NCBI GenBank assembly: GCA_964583685.1
Contig: CAZOVJ010000002.1
Coordinates: 277,862 to 341,861 of the forward strand
DNA from: an uncultured Gammaproteobacteria bacterium
GTDB taxonomy: Bacteria; Patescibacteriota; Microgenomatia; UBA8517
Direction: 5' to 3'
Length of the DNA: 64,000 nucleotides
In this document: positions 17,596 to 27,823 of the stretch, in pieces
How positions within the stretch are numbered: the stretch's first letter is position 1
Layout: every line of letters begins with the position of its first letter
Translations under genes and position numbers: made by a program
The notes under the pieces: model-generated
Told to the model about the DNA's origin: nothing
Database searches by the model: none
What the model saw: the letters and a program-made list of their open reading frames with translations, nothing else

Positions 17596-18570
17596 ATGTC
17601 CTTTTTACAAAAAAAAGATTGGCAAAAAAAAGCTAAGAAATCTTCCACATCTTGGGGTAAAAAAGAGAGGTTGTTGGTTCTTCTCTTTTTTGGAGGAAGT
17701 GTGTTTTTGTCTGGGATTCTGGGGCTTTCTGCCAGGAAGTGGAAGTTGCCTGGTTTGCCCAGAATAACTCTGCCTAATTTTTCTTTTGAGAAAACCTTTA
17801 TTCTAGAAGGGGGTAGAAAAGACCTTCGGGAATTTGAGGAGATTAAGTCCAGGTTTAAAGAACAAACCAAAGACCTTTCCGGTGTTTATGGATTCTATGT
17901 TTTCAGCCTGATCGACTCATCTGAATACGGGCTTTATGAGGAAGAGATTTTTAGTGCAGCCTCGCTCATTAAACTTCCGGTCATGATTACCTTTTATAAA
18001 GAGGTGGAGATGGGTAACCTTGCTTTGGATACAGAATATTCTCTTAAGAGTGGGGACAAAAAAGCAGGTGCTGGTATTCTCTCAACCAAGGCGACTGGGA
18101 CGGTTTTCACTTATCGTCAATTAACACAATTTATGGGTCAATATTCGGACAATACAGCCTTTGGAGTTATTCGGGGAGTTTTGGGCGAGAGAAAGATTCA
18201 AGAGATGATTAATGGTTTGGGAATGAGACATACTTCTCTGGCTGAAAATGTTACTTCGCCGAAAGACATAGGAATTTTGTTTAAGAAACTTTGGCAAGGA
18301 AATATTCTTTCCGATAAAAGCAGAGATGAACTTTTGGATTTTTTAACAGAAACTGCTTATGAAGACCGGATTCCGGCTGGCCTTCCCTCGGATATTCGTG
18401 TTTCTCATAAAATCGGCACAGAAAGGGGAGCAATATCCGATGCCGGTATTGTTTTTACAGATAGCCCTTTTGTTTTGGTGCTGATGACAAAAGGAGCGAT
18501 TGAAAAAGAGGCAAGAGATATTTTCCCTAATCTAGCCAGGCTCATCTATGATTTTGAGATTGCTGATTAA
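17596..18570 (+). CDS. class A beta-lactamase-like serine hydrolase, membrane-anchored
   Basis: N-terminal TM; SAASLIK (SxxK), SDN and KIGT (KTG-like) motifs in the correct order. Confidence 0.5.
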   Translation: MSFLQKKDWQKKAKKSSTSWGKKERLLVLLFFGGSVFLSGILGLSARKWKLPGLPRITLPNFSFEKTFILEGGRKDLREFEEIKSRFKEQTKDLSGVYGFYVFSLIDSSEYGLYEEEIFSAASLIKLPVMITFYKEVEMGNLALDTEYSLKSGDKKAGAGILSTKATGTVFTYRQLTQFMGQYSDNTAFGVIRGVLGERKIQEMINGLGMRHTSLAENVTSPKDIGILFKKLWQGNILSDKSRDELLDFLTETAYEDRIPAGLPSDIRVSHKIGTERGAISDAGIVFTDSPFVLVLMTKGAIEKEARDIFPNLARLIYDFEIAD

Positions 18571-20807
18571 CGTTGAGTGCTGGCACCGGGTTCAAAAATT
18601 TGTCCCTCGAGGTTTTCTCCCTTTTCTTTAATTTGAGCAATTTGCTCAAAATTACAAGTTGCTTGAGGCTGATTCTCCTCCAAGAACCACTCTCTTCGAG
18701 TTGGACATCCTTGACAAGAGAGAGTTCCGGTTAATATACAAACTGGAATCTGGACCAGTCCAGCTGGAGCTTTCCAAGGTTGACTTTCTTCTTGGGCCAA
18801 AAGATGACTCATTATTTTATTGAAAATAGGGGCTGCTCCGGTGATGCCTGAGGCAACTCTGGCCATTGGGCTATTATCATTGTTTCCGACCCAAACAGCG
18901 ACCAGATATTTTTGATTGAAGCCAAGAGTGAAATTGTCGCGGAGATTATTGCTTGTTCCTGTTTTTACGGCCACCTCTGGGTGATTGGCTATGACTAGAC
19001 TGGAATTGCTTCCAAAGGCCGGTGTTCGGGCTGCATTGTCTCTGAGAATATCACTGAGCAAGAAAGCCACTCTTGAGTCAATTACTTGTTCTCCTTGGTG
19101 GGGAAGATTGATGGCTTCAAGGGTTTTCCCCTTGTAATTTTTAACTTGGAGGATGGTGGTAAGTTTGAGTCTTTCGCCATAATTGGCAATGGAGGCATAG
19201 ACTTGTGCCAAGTCAATTAGTTTTATTTCGCCGCCACCAAGAGTTAGAGAAAGGCCAAATCTTGCTGGTTCATTCCAGGTTGTTATTCCCATTTTTTGTC
19301 CTAGGTCAATCATTTTGCCTACTCCGTAGGAGGCCAAAACCTTGACAGCTGGAATATTTCTTGATTCAGCCAGTGCGCTTCTTAAAGGAATGGTTCCCCG
19401 ATAATTTCCATCATAGTTTCTCGGTGAATACACTGGCTGGCCTGGAACTGAGAAGCTAACCGGAGAATCAGAAATTAGGCTGGCTGGAGTAAATCCATGA
19501 GAGAGGGCATAGGCATAGTTGATAACTTTGATTGCTGAGCCTGGTTGTCTAAGACTGGTGGTTACATTGACCTTACCATCTATATCATTGGCAAAATAGT
19601 CTTTTGAGCCAACCATAGCCAGAATTTCTCCTGTTGACGGGTTGATAACTAGAACTGCTGCGTTGCTGACCCTGAGTTTTGTTAGTTTGCTTATTTCCTG
19701 GCTAACGATTTTTTCAGCCATTCTTTGGATTCCATAATCAAGAGTAGTAGTAATTTCGAGCCCGCCTTTTTCTAGGGTTTCCTCTCCATATTTTTCTGCT
19801 AGGATTTGTTTTATATACATTACGAAGTGGGGGGCTTTAATATCTATTTTGTTGCTGGCGAACTTTAATTCTTCTGTTTGAGCATTCTCGAACTGTTCTT
19901 TGTTGATGAAGTCATTAATGGACATGAGTTTTAAAACTTCTCTTTGTCGGCTAATGGTCAAGTTTGGCTGATGTCCAAAAGGAGAGAATTTACTTGGGCT
20001 TTTTGGTAAGCCGGCAAGTAGGGCTGCTTCGGCTAGGCTAAGTTTGTCCACATCTTTACCAAAATAAACATGGGCTGCTTCCTGAATTCCATAGGCTGTT
20101 CCTCCGTAAGAGACCTCGTTTAAATACATTTCCAGGATTTGGTCTTTTGTAAAAGCAGATTCAACCATAATAGCTAAAACTATCTCTCGCAGTTTTCTGA
20201 TAATTGTCTTTTCTGGGGAGAGAAGGGCATTTTTTACCAGTTGTTGGGTGATTGTTGAGCCACCAGATAACTGACCTCTGATTGCATTTTTGACTACTGC
20301 TCGGGCAATACCTTTAATAGAAAAACCCGGGTGTGCGTAGAACTCAGCATCTTCAGCCGCAATGGTTGCCAATCTTACCTGGAGAGGAATTTGCTTTAAG
20401 GGAACAAGAGTTCTATTTTGATTTTTGTAAATTTTGTAAAGCAGAGTTCCTTTCCTGTCGTAGATTTTTGTTGATACTTCTAGATTTCGGGTTATCAGTT
20501 CTTGGGGAGAGGGAAGTTTATAAAAAATTGCCAGCAGAAGAGTCAGGTAAAGGAAAGAGGGTATAAGGAAAATTAGAGTAAGTCCTCTTGGTTTAAGCCG
20601 TAAGAAAAGGGGAGCAAGTTTACGCTTGGAGGGTAGTTTAGCAAAAGCTCGGAACAATTGGAATAAATAGGTTATAAAAATTCGGGTAGAGTAGCCTATA
20701 AAATAGACAACTATCAAGATAGTTAAAAAAACATAGGAGAAGAGTATATAGAAGGGTTTGCCAATAAAAATTAATATCCTGGCCAAGAAGCTAGTGCCTG
20801 CCACCAC
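18567..20807 (-). CDS. class A penicillin-binding protein (PBP1A-type transglycosylase/transpeptidase)
   Basis: N-terminal TM; GT51 motifs (EDAEFYAHPG, RGQLSGGSTITQQL); transpeptidase motifs SAIK, SRN and KTGT. Confidence 0.85.
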   Translation of the reverse strand: MVAGTSFLARILIFIGKPFYILFSYVFLTILIVVYFIGYSTRIFITYLFQLFRAFAKLPSKRKLAPLFLRLKPRGLTLIFLIPSFLYLTLLLAIFYKLPSPQELITRNLEVSTKIYDRKGTLLYKIYKNQNRTLVPLKQIPLQVRLATIAAEDAEFYAHPGFSIKGIARAVVKNAIRGQLSGGSTITQQLVKNALLSPEKTIIRKLREIVLAIMVESAFTKDQILEMYLNEVSYGGTAYGIQEAAHVYFGKDVDKLSLAEAALLAGLPKSPSKFSPFGHQPNLTISRQREVLKLMSINDFINKEQFENAQTEELKFASNKIDIKAPHFVMYIKQILAEKYGEETLEKGGLEITTTLDYGIQRMAEKIVSQEISKLTKLRVSNAAVLVINPSTGEILAMVGSKDYFANDIDGKVNVTTSLRQPGSAIKVINYAYALSHGFTPASLISDSPVSFSVPGQPVYSPRNYDGNYRGTIPLRSALAESRNIPAVKVLASYGVGKMIDLGQKMGITTWNEPARFGLSLTLGGGEIKLIDLAQVYASIANYGERLKLTTILQVKNYKGKTLEAINLPHQGEQVIDSRVAFLLSDILRDNAARTPAFGSNSSLVIANHPEVAVKTGTSNNLRDNFTLGFNQKYLVAVWVGNNDNSPMARVASGITGAAPIFNKIMSHLLAQEESQPWKAPAGLVQIPVCILTGTLSCQGCPTRREWFLEENQPQATCNFEQIAQIKEKGENLEGQIFEPGASTQR

Positions 20808-20864
20808 CTATATTTTAGCAATTATGGGACTTTTTTGCTAGAGCAAAAATTCAGGACACACGCG

Positions 20865-23087
20865 TCAGTATCGGAGGGGATAATTTATGGTAACCGACTG
20901 ACTGGGGATAGGACAATCAAGACAGAATACAGCATTTAAAGGGTCATAAACTAGCGGATGATTTTGCATTTCAGTGTTTTCAGGGGCTGTCTTGGTGGTG
21001 GCCAGTTCACCAGTGGTCTTATCAATGAGAATGTCTTCTCTTTGACCATCAGGACCGCTTGGTAGATGATTTTCTAAAAAATACTCAAATCTTAAGGGAC
21101 ATTCGGGATTTTCCTCTGGCCCAGAAGGAAAGAGGCCGGAAGTCCAACAAACATTTTTACCAATGATTCCATCAGGCTTTCTTGGCCAGGCATGACCTTC
21201 ATCGTTTTCGTTATAGAAACCATCCTCGGCCTTATTCAAGGTCTCTCTTATTACCTTGTTCCAAATCGGTGAGGCACCAGAGATTCCGGAAACAGAACCG
21301 GTCATGGGTGTGTTATCGTTATTGCCAACCCAGGTAACAACCAAAACTTGGGCGGTGTAACCTATTGTCCAATTGTCTCGCCGGTCATTGGTCGTACCTG
21401 TTTTGACCGAGACTTCAGGGTGGCCGGCAACATTGAGATAGGAAGATCCCCCAAAGGCAGCGCTTCTGGAATTGTTGTCCAGGAGAATATGGGAAATAAG
21501 AAAGGTTATATCAGGAGTTAAAATCCGGTCTCCTTCCAGATCGTCAATTTTAATCTCTTCTAAAACTTTTCCTTTCCAGTCTTCAACCTTGAGAATAGCA
21601 GTAAGAGGCTGTTTTATTCCTTGATTGGCAAAAACTCCGAAGGCCACTGCCATATCATAAGGTCTGACTTCACCTCCACCTAGAGTCAGTGAGAGACCAT
21701 AATTAGAGGAATCAGTAAAGGTAGTGATACCCATCCTTTGGGCAAATTTTACAAAATTATCGATTCCATTTAAGGCAAGAACTTTTACTGCCGGTAGGTT
21801 ATATGAATTACCCAGAGCAAATCTGGCTTGAGGTGCACCATGAAATTGTCCATCATAATTCCTTGGGCAATAAAGAGGTTGCCCTGAAACAAGAAAGCAG
21901 GTCGGGACATCAATGAGTGTTGTCGAGGGCGTTATTTTTCCGTCTTTGAAAGCTAAAGCGTAATTTATGGGTTTGATTGATGAACCTGGCTGTCTTTTGG
22001 CAAAGATTACATTTACCTTTCCATCCTCATCTTGAGCAAAATAATCCTTGGAACCTATCATGGCTAAAATTTCTCCTGATGCTGGCCTGGTGACAAGTGC
22101 GGCTCCATTTTTAACATTAAAATTTTTAAGCTTGTCAAGTTCAGTCGTAACTGTGTTTTGAGAGAACTCCTGTAAATCTAAGTCCAAGGTTGTTGTTACC
22201 CGCAGCCCGCCTTGTTCAACCTTTTTTTCGCCGTATTTTTCGACCAGTTGCTCTTTGACCCATAAAACAAAATGGGGAGCACTTAGGGGTTGAATCTGAG
22301 CAAATTCGAGTTTTTCCTTTTTTACCTCATCTACTTGTTCTTGGTTAAGATGGCCTTCTTCAAGCATGCGACGTAAAACAGTTTCTTGGCGTCCTTTGGC
22401 CAGTTCTGGATGGGCCCCAAAAGGCGAATAGCGTGTTGGTGCTGCCGGCAGTCCGGCAAGAAGGGATGCTTCGGCCAAACTTAAGTCTTTTGCCGATTTG
22501 TTAAAATAAAGCTCACTAGCGGCCTCAATTCCATAGGCTGTTGAGCCATAAGGAATTTGATTGAAATACATTTCAAGAATTTGCTTTTTTGAATACAGGG
22601 CTTCAACAATCATCGTCAGGACAAATTCTCTGATTTTCCTTCTTATTGTCCGTTCAGGACTCAAAAGTGCATTTTTGACTAATTGTTGGGTGAGGGTAGA
22701 TCCACCCTGAAGTTTTTTCTTAAAAATTGTATTGAAACTGGCTCTGAGTATGCCGGTGAATGAAAAACCAGGGTGTTTGTAAAAATCTTTATCTTCTATG
22801 GCAATGGTTGCATTAATAAGATATTCAGGCAGTTCTTCTAATTTAATAGGGGTTCGTTTTTTTTCTGTATAAATTTCATAGATTAGCTTACCCTTTCTAT
22901 CATAAAGCTTACTGGATACGGGGAAGTTTTTAGAGCCAAGACGGGTTGGAAAGGGAATTCCCCAAAAAAAACAGAAAGCCCCGATAATGAGAAGTAAAAG
23001 AAATGAGCAAATAATAAATTTTCTTTTCTGTCTTTTTTTTATTTCTGTTGTGATATTTTTTTTCACCTCTTGAATTATACCTCGCAT
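20865..23087 (-). CDS. class A penicillin-binding protein (second PBP1A paralog)
   Basis: EDKDFYKHPG and QGGSTLTQQL GT51 motifs; SSIK, SYN and KTGT transpeptidase motifs; 740 aa. Confidence 0.85.
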   Translation of the reverse strand: MRGIIQEVKKNITTEIKKRQKRKFIICSFLLLLIIGAFCFFWGIPFPTRLGSKNFPVSSKLYDRKGKLIYEIYTEKKRTPIKLEELPEYLINATIAIEDKDFYKHPGFSFTGILRASFNTIFKKKLQGGSTLTQQLVKNALLSPERTIRRKIREFVLTMIVEALYSKKQILEMYFNQIPYGSTAYGIEAASELYFNKSAKDLSLAEASLLAGLPAAPTRYSPFGAHPELAKGRQETVLRRMLEEGHLNQEQVDEVKKEKLEFAQIQPLSAPHFVLWVKEQLVEKYGEKKVEQGGLRVTTTLDLDLQEFSQNTVTTELDKLKNFNVKNGAALVTRPASGEILAMIGSKDYFAQDEDGKVNVIFAKRQPGSSIKPINYALAFKDGKITPSTTLIDVPTCFLVSGQPLYCPRNYDGQFHGAPQARFALGNSYNLPAVKVLALNGIDNFVKFAQRMGITTFTDSSNYGLSLTLGGGEVRPYDMAVAFGVFANQGIKQPLTAILKVEDWKGKVLEEIKIDDLEGDRILTPDITFLISHILLDNNSRSAAFGGSSYLNVAGHPEVSVKTGTTNDRRDNWTIGYTAQVLVVTWVGNNDNTPMTGSVSGISGASPIWNKVIRETLNKAEDGFYNENDEGHAWPRKPDGIIGKNVCWTSGLFPSGPEENPECPLRFEYFLENHLPSGPDGQREDILIDKTTGELATTKTAPENTEMQNHPLVYDPLNAVFCLDCPIPSQSVTINYPLRY

Positions 23088-23156
23088 CCTACCCGATATT
23101 AAAGTTGACTCCTTGTCATTGGTGAACGGCTCATTAATTTTTGCTAAGATGGAATA

Positions 23157-23648
23157 ATGATGGAGATTAATCTCAAAGGAAAAGCATGGTGGGATTACCT
23201 AGAAAAAGATCTTCAGGAGCTTTTAGAGGAAGCAGTACTTTTGGCCAATAGGGTAGAGAGTTGGCAAGAGAAGTTTCATGACTATGCCTTTATAGTTTTT
23301 CCGGCAGCCAAGGCATATGAAGGGTTTTTAAAACATCTCTTTTTAGACTTGGGATTGATTAGCAACGAGGATTACTATGGCAAGCGCTTTAGGGTGGGCA
23401 AGGCCTTGAACCCAGCCCTAGAAAAAGATTTAAGAGAAAGAGAAGGAGTTTATGATAAATTGGTTGATCTCTCTAAGGGGAAAGAGCTTCCGGATAAGCT
23501 TTGGCAAACTTGGAAAAAATGTCGCAACTTGCTTTTTCACTGGTTTCCAAGGAAGAAGAATGCTATCACTCTTGCTCAAGCAAAGGAAAGGCTCTTGTTG
23601 ATTATCGAGTCAATTGATGAAGCTTCAGCCTTGACTTTGAATGAGTAA
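23157..23648 (+). CDS. hypothetical protein
   Basis: 163 aa ORF with a good SD; no recognisable motif. Confidence 0.3.
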   Translation: MMEINLKGKAWWDYLEKDLQELLEEAVLLANRVESWQEKFHDYAFIVFPAAKAYEGFLKHLFLDLGLISNEDYYGKRFRVGKALNPALEKDLREREGVYDKLVDLSKGKELPDKLWQTWKKCRNLLFHWFPRKKNAITLAQAKERLLLIIESIDEASALTLNE

Positions 23649-23671
23649 TTAATTATCATAATTACACCTGG

Positions 23672-24310
23672 ATGATTCGAAAGATTGCCTTATTTTCACT
23701 AGCAATAGGTTTTGCTTCGGCGATTCTGTTGATCTCGGTTTTGAGGACTGCCTCGGTCAAGTATGTTTTTAGTCAAGCTCCCGTTGTTCAAATTCCAGGA
23801 GGAGACAAAGAGAAAACAATAGAGATAAATTATCCTCTGGTATATCCTGGTCGGGTTTTGCCTGACAGCTTTCTCTGGCCAATTAAAGTAATCAGGGATA
23901 AAGTCTGGTTAATAATCACTACAAATCCCCTCAAAAAGGCCGAAATATTGCTTCTTTTTGCCGACAAGAGATTAGGTTCAGCTGAACTTCTTCTTAAAAA
24001 AGAGAAATCAGAGCTGGCTGTTTCAACCTTGACCAAGGCGGAGAAGTATTTGGAACAGGCTGTTAACCAAGAGCAAAAAACTCGTAAAAAGGGTATTGAA
24101 ACCGGTCAATTTTTGGAAAGATTGGCTCTAGCTACACTCAAACATAGACAGATAATAGAGGAAAATATTCTCTATCTTTGTCCGGAAGATGCTAAACAGA
24201 TTGTTGTTCAGGTAAATGATTATCCCAAGCGCCTTTTTCAAAAAGTAAAAACCGCTTTGATAGAAGTTGGTAGACCGATTCCTGAGAGTCCGTTTGTTGG
24301 TCAAAATTGA
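23672..24310 (+). CDS. hypothetical N-terminally anchored protein
   Basis: 212 aa; one N-terminal TM helix; no recognisable motif. Confidence 0.35.
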   Translation: MIRKIALFSLAIGFASAILLISVLRTASVKYVFSQAPVVQIPGGDKEKTIEINYPLVYPGRVLPDSFLWPIKVIRDKVWLIITTNPLKKAEILLLFADKRLGSAELLLKKEKSELAVSTLTKAEKYLEQAVNQEQKTRKKGIETGQFLERLALATLKHRQIIEENILYLCPEDAKQIVVQVNDYPKRLFQKVKTALIEVGRPIPESPFVGQN

Positions 24311-24450
24311 TATCTTTTTGTCCTCATAATTTTTTTAAATCCATAAGCCAAGAAAATATTTTTAATCTCGTTTCTTTCATGGATTGACCTTTTTTGAGAT
24401 AGATATTGCCACTTGACTCCATAGATGTAGTGCTAGACTATTAACCCCAG

Positions 24451-24464
24451 CACTACAAGTAGTG
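24451..24464. promoter_or_regulatory. NrdR-box-like palindrome upstream of nrdR
   Basis: CACTACaaGTAGTG is a perfect 6+6 inverted repeat 17 nt upstream of the nrdR ATG. A second GTAGTGC/GCACTAC inverted pair lies at 24427-24456. It resembles the NrdR box (CAC.A.AT.T.GTG-type palindromes). Confidence 0.35.
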
Positions 24465-24480
24465 ATTTTCTTTTTCATTT

Positions 24481-24927
24481 ATGAAATGTCCTTTTTGTGG
24501 AAGTTCTAATACCCAGGTTCTTGAATCAAGAGTTATTGATGATGGCCAGGCGTTAAGAAGAAGAAGGAAATGTCTGGCTTGCCAGAAGAGATTTACTACT
24601 TATGAAAGAGCCAGGAATACTTTACCTTGGGTGGTTAAAAAAGATGGAAGAAGAGAACTTTTTAATAGAGAGAAGATTAAAAAGGGTCTTCTTAGGGCAA
24701 TTGAAAAAAGGCCGGTGTCCTTGGACTTGATAGAAGAGATTACCAGTCAAGTAGAACAGGAGATGCTTAGGCAAGAAAAAGAAGAAATCCCCTCTCGTCT
24801 AATTGGACGGGCGGTTTTAAAAAGATTGAAAAAGATTGATAAAGTCGCCTGGTTGAGATTCGTCAGTGTTTATTTGAAATTTGAAGAATTAGGTGATTTT
24901 AAGCGAGCGATAGAGAAAGGAATCTAA
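24481..24927 (+). CDS. nrdR: transcriptional repressor NrdR
   Basis: MKCPFCGSSNTQVLESR zinc ribbon and an ATP-cone; 148 aa. Confidence 0.9.
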   Translation: MKCPFCGSSNTQVLESRVIDDGQALRRRRKCLACQKRFTTYERARNTLPWVVKKDGRRELFNREKIKKGLLRAIEKRPVSLDLIEEITSQVEQEMLRQEKEEIPSRLIGRAVLKRLKKIDKVAWLRFVSVYLKFEELGDFKRAIEKGI

Positions 24928-27230
24928 TGCCGGAAAAGATTTCCCTTAAGGCAATTAACAACAATAGCTTACAGGGATTAGATGATGGAGAGATTAAAAA
25001 AGTGAGGAAGCGAAATGGAAGGGTTGTGAATTTTGATATTAGCAAAATTATTAGCGCAGTTTATAAGGCGATGCTGGTTACGAGAGAAGGAGCTGAAGAT
25101 GATGCCATAAAAATAGCCAGAAAAGTATATTTGGAGCTTCTTAAAAAAGATTCTCGCCAAAAGGGGTTTGTACCCAAGGTTGAGGGAATCCAAGACCTGG
25201 TAGAGAAACACCTTATCTTTGCTGATTTTGTCCTGACGGCAAAGGCCTACATTCTTTACAGGAGAGAACGAGCGGATTTAAGAGTGGCCAAGATGTCTGT
25301 TTCCAATCAGTTGAGGCAAGAGATAAAAAGGAATAGTAAGTATTTTAGGAACAAGCTGGCGGAATTTATCTATTTTAGAACCTATTCAAGATGGCTGGAA
25401 AACAAAGGACGAAGGGAAAATTGGCAAGAAACAGTTGATCGATATATGGATTTTATGAGAGAAAATCTGGGTAATAAGTTTTTTGCCAAAGAGTACCAGG
25501 AATTAAGAAAGGCAATTTTAAATCAGGAGGTTATACCTTCTATGAGGCTTCTCTGGTCAGCTGGAAAAGCGGCCAGGAAGATAAATGTGACTGCGTATAA
25601 CTGTTCTTTTATCACTCCAACTAAACTTCAGGATTTTGGTGAAATTATGTTCCTTCTCATGTGTGGAGCTGGAGTTGGATTTTCAGTAGAAAGTCAGATT
25701 GTCCAGCAACTTCCACAGATTAAAAAGCAGACAGGAAAGATATTAAAAGCACATGTTGTCAGAGATAGTAAGGAGGGATGGGCAAAGGCATTTGTTAAAG
25801 GACTTCGAGTATGGTTTAGAGGAGAAGATATAGCCTTTGATTACTCCAAGGTTCGGCCCCAGGGTGCCCGGCTTAAAACAATGGGAGGAAAGGCTTCAGG
25901 ACCCGGACCTTTAATGGATTTAATAGATTTTTCCCGGGCAAAGATTTTAAAAAGACAGGGGAAGAGACTGACCAACCTTGGTGTTCATGACATAATTTGC
26001 AAGATAGGAGAAGTTGTCGTTGCCGGAGGGGTTCGTCGAAGTGCCCTGATTTCACTTTCTGATTTGGATGATGAAGAAATGCGTCATGCAAAGGATGGAC
26101 AGTTTTATACTCAAGAGCCGCAAAGAGTTATGGCCAATAATTCTGCCGTCTATGAAGAGAAACCTGATGCGGTTGAGTTTTTGAAAGAATGGACATCACT
26201 TGCCGAAAGCGGTTCAGGAGAACGGGGAATATTCAATCGTGGAAGACTAAGAGGACAACTACCAAAAAGAAGGAAAGAAAAGTTTGAAAAATTTATGGAT
26301 GTATCTGGGGTTAACCCTTGCGGAGAGGTTATCCTGCGTTCAAAACAGTTTTGTAATTTAACTGCTGTAGTTATTCGTCCAGAAGATACTGAAAAGAGCC
26401 TTTTGGAAAAAATAAGGCTAGCCACCATTCTTGGTACCTATCAATCAGTCTTAACTCACTTCCCCTTTTTATCTTCTGAATGGGAGAAGAACTGTAAAGA
26501 AGAGAGGCTTCTGGGTGTTTCTATCACTGGCTACTGGGACAACAAGATAGTTAGGCAAGCCCCTCTACTGGCTAAGATGAGAAAGGAGGCAGTTCGGGTT
26601 AATCGAAAATATAGCCAAAGACTTAAAATAAATCCCTCAACCTGTGTTACTTGTGTTAAACCCTCAGGCAACTCTTCCCAATTGTTGGATACTGCCTCGG
26701 GCATGCATCCTCGGTATGCTAAATATTATGTACGCCGGGTTCGGATTTCAGCCACAGACCCTCTTTACAAAATGCTAAGTGACCAGGGAATTCCCTGTCA
26801 GCTGGAGGTAGGCCAATCGCCTGATTCGGCAACGACTTATGTTTTAGAATTTCCGGCTAAAAGTCCTAAGGATGCAATTTTGAAAGATGATCTTTCTGCC
26901 ATTGAACTTCTTGAGCACTGGAAGCTTCTTAAGGAGAACTTTACTGAGCACAATCCGTCGGTAACCATTTATGTAGGCGAGAATGAGTGGATAAAGGTAG
27001 GCAATTGGGTGTATGAAAATTGGGATAAGATAGGCGGGGTTTCCTTTTTCCCCAAAACCAACCATGTTTACCAACTGGCTCCTTATGAAGAAATAGATGA
27101 AAAAACCTATAAAAAACTTGCCAAGCGAGTAACCAACCTGGATTTTTCAAAACTTCCTCTTTATGAGCAGGGAGATAGTACTCAAGGAGCCAAGGAATAC
27201 GCTTGTCAGGCCGGTGGTTGCGAACTATAA
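24927..27230 (+). CDS. nrdJ: class II (adenosylcobalamin-dependent) ribonucleotide reductase, monomeric-type with ATP-cone
   Basis: N-terminal ATP-cone, active-site NPCGE, and a C-terminal Cys pair (CQAGGCEL); 767 aa. It is adjacent to nrdR and a cobalamin adenosyltransferase. Confidence 0.8.
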   Translation: MPEKISLKAINNNSLQGLDDGEIKKVRKRNGRVVNFDISKIISAVYKAMLVTREGAEDDAIKIARKVYLELLKKDSRQKGFVPKVEGIQDLVEKHLIFADFVLTAKAYILYRRERADLRVAKMSVSNQLRQEIKRNSKYFRNKLAEFIYFRTYSRWLENKGRRENWQETVDRYMDFMRENLGNKFFAKEYQELRKAILNQEVIPSMRLLWSAGKAARKINVTAYNCSFITPTKLQDFGEIMFLLMCGAGVGFSVESQIVQQLPQIKKQTGKILKAHVVRDSKEGWAKAFVKGLRVWFRGEDIAFDYSKVRPQGARLKTMGGKASGPGPLMDLIDFSRAKILKRQGKRLTNLGVHDIICKIGEVVVAGGVRRSALISLSDLDDEEMRHAKDGQFYTQEPQRVMANNSAVYEEKPDAVEFLKEWTSLAESGSGERGIFNRGRLRGQLPKRRKEKFEKFMDVSGVNPCGEVILRSKQFCNLTAVVIRPEDTEKSLLEKIRLATILGTYQSVLTHFPFLSSEWEKNCKEERLLGVSITGYWDNKIVRQAPLLAKMRKEAVRVNRKYSQRLKINPSTCVTCVKPSGNSSQLLDTASGMHPRYAKYYVRRVRISATDPLYKMLSDQGIPCQLEVGQSPDSATTYVLEFPAKSPKDAILKDDLSAIELLEHWKLLKENFTEHNPSVTIYVGENEWIKVGNWVYENWDKIGGVSFFPKTNHVYQLAPYEEIDEKTYKKLAKRVTNLDFSKLPLYEQGDSTQGAKEYACQAGGCEL

Positions 27231-27262
27231 ACCCGGAAAAGTTAATTCTTAAAACTTTATTT

Positions 27263-27808
27263 ATGGCCATTTATACAAAAAGAGGGGATAGGGGTAAGAC
27301 GAGCATTTACCAGTTAAAACGCGAGAAAACAGCCTATGTCAATAAGGATGATACCCGGCTGCAGGTAATTGGTAGTCTTGACGAGGCCAATAGTTTTTTA
27401 GGTTTAGTAACTTCTTTTCTCTCTCAGCAGAAGGATGTTTTTAAACTCCAGAAAATTCAAGGCGACTTGTTTTTAATAGGTTCTATTTTGGCTGGTGTAG
27501 ATGGTCTTCGTTTTCCCAAAACCAAGGTGAAAATGCTTGAAATGGAGATAGACAAACTGGAGGCAGGCTTACCTCGCTTATCTAATTTTATCCTTCCCGG
27601 TGGATCGCCAGCCAGTTCTTTACTCCAAATTAGCAGGGCAATTGTTAGAAGGGTTGAGCGTCGGTTGGTGGGTTTAGATAAAATTGAGCCACTCAGGCCC
27701 CAGATAATTCCCTATATAAATCGCCTGAGCGATTTTCTTTTTATCTTAGCCAGAAAGATAAATAAGGACTTGGGAATAAAAGAAAAGATTTGGCCAGGTA
27801 GAAAGTGA
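27263..27808 (+). CDS. PduO-type ATP:cob(I)alamin adenosyltransferase
   Basis: IYTKRGDRGKTS N-terminal motif of PduO-type ACA. Start taken at M21 of the listed ORF. Confidence 0.7.
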   Translation: MAIYTKRGDRGKTSIYQLKREKTAYVNKDDTRLQVIGSLDEANSFLGLVTSFLSQQKDVFKLQKIQGDLFLIGSILAGVDGLRFPKTKVKMLEMEIDKLEAGLPRLSNFILPGGSPASSLLQISRAIVRRVERRLVGLDKIEPLRPQIIPYINRLSDFLFILARKINKDLGIKEKIWPGRK

Positions 27809-27823
27809 TACAATAATTATGTT

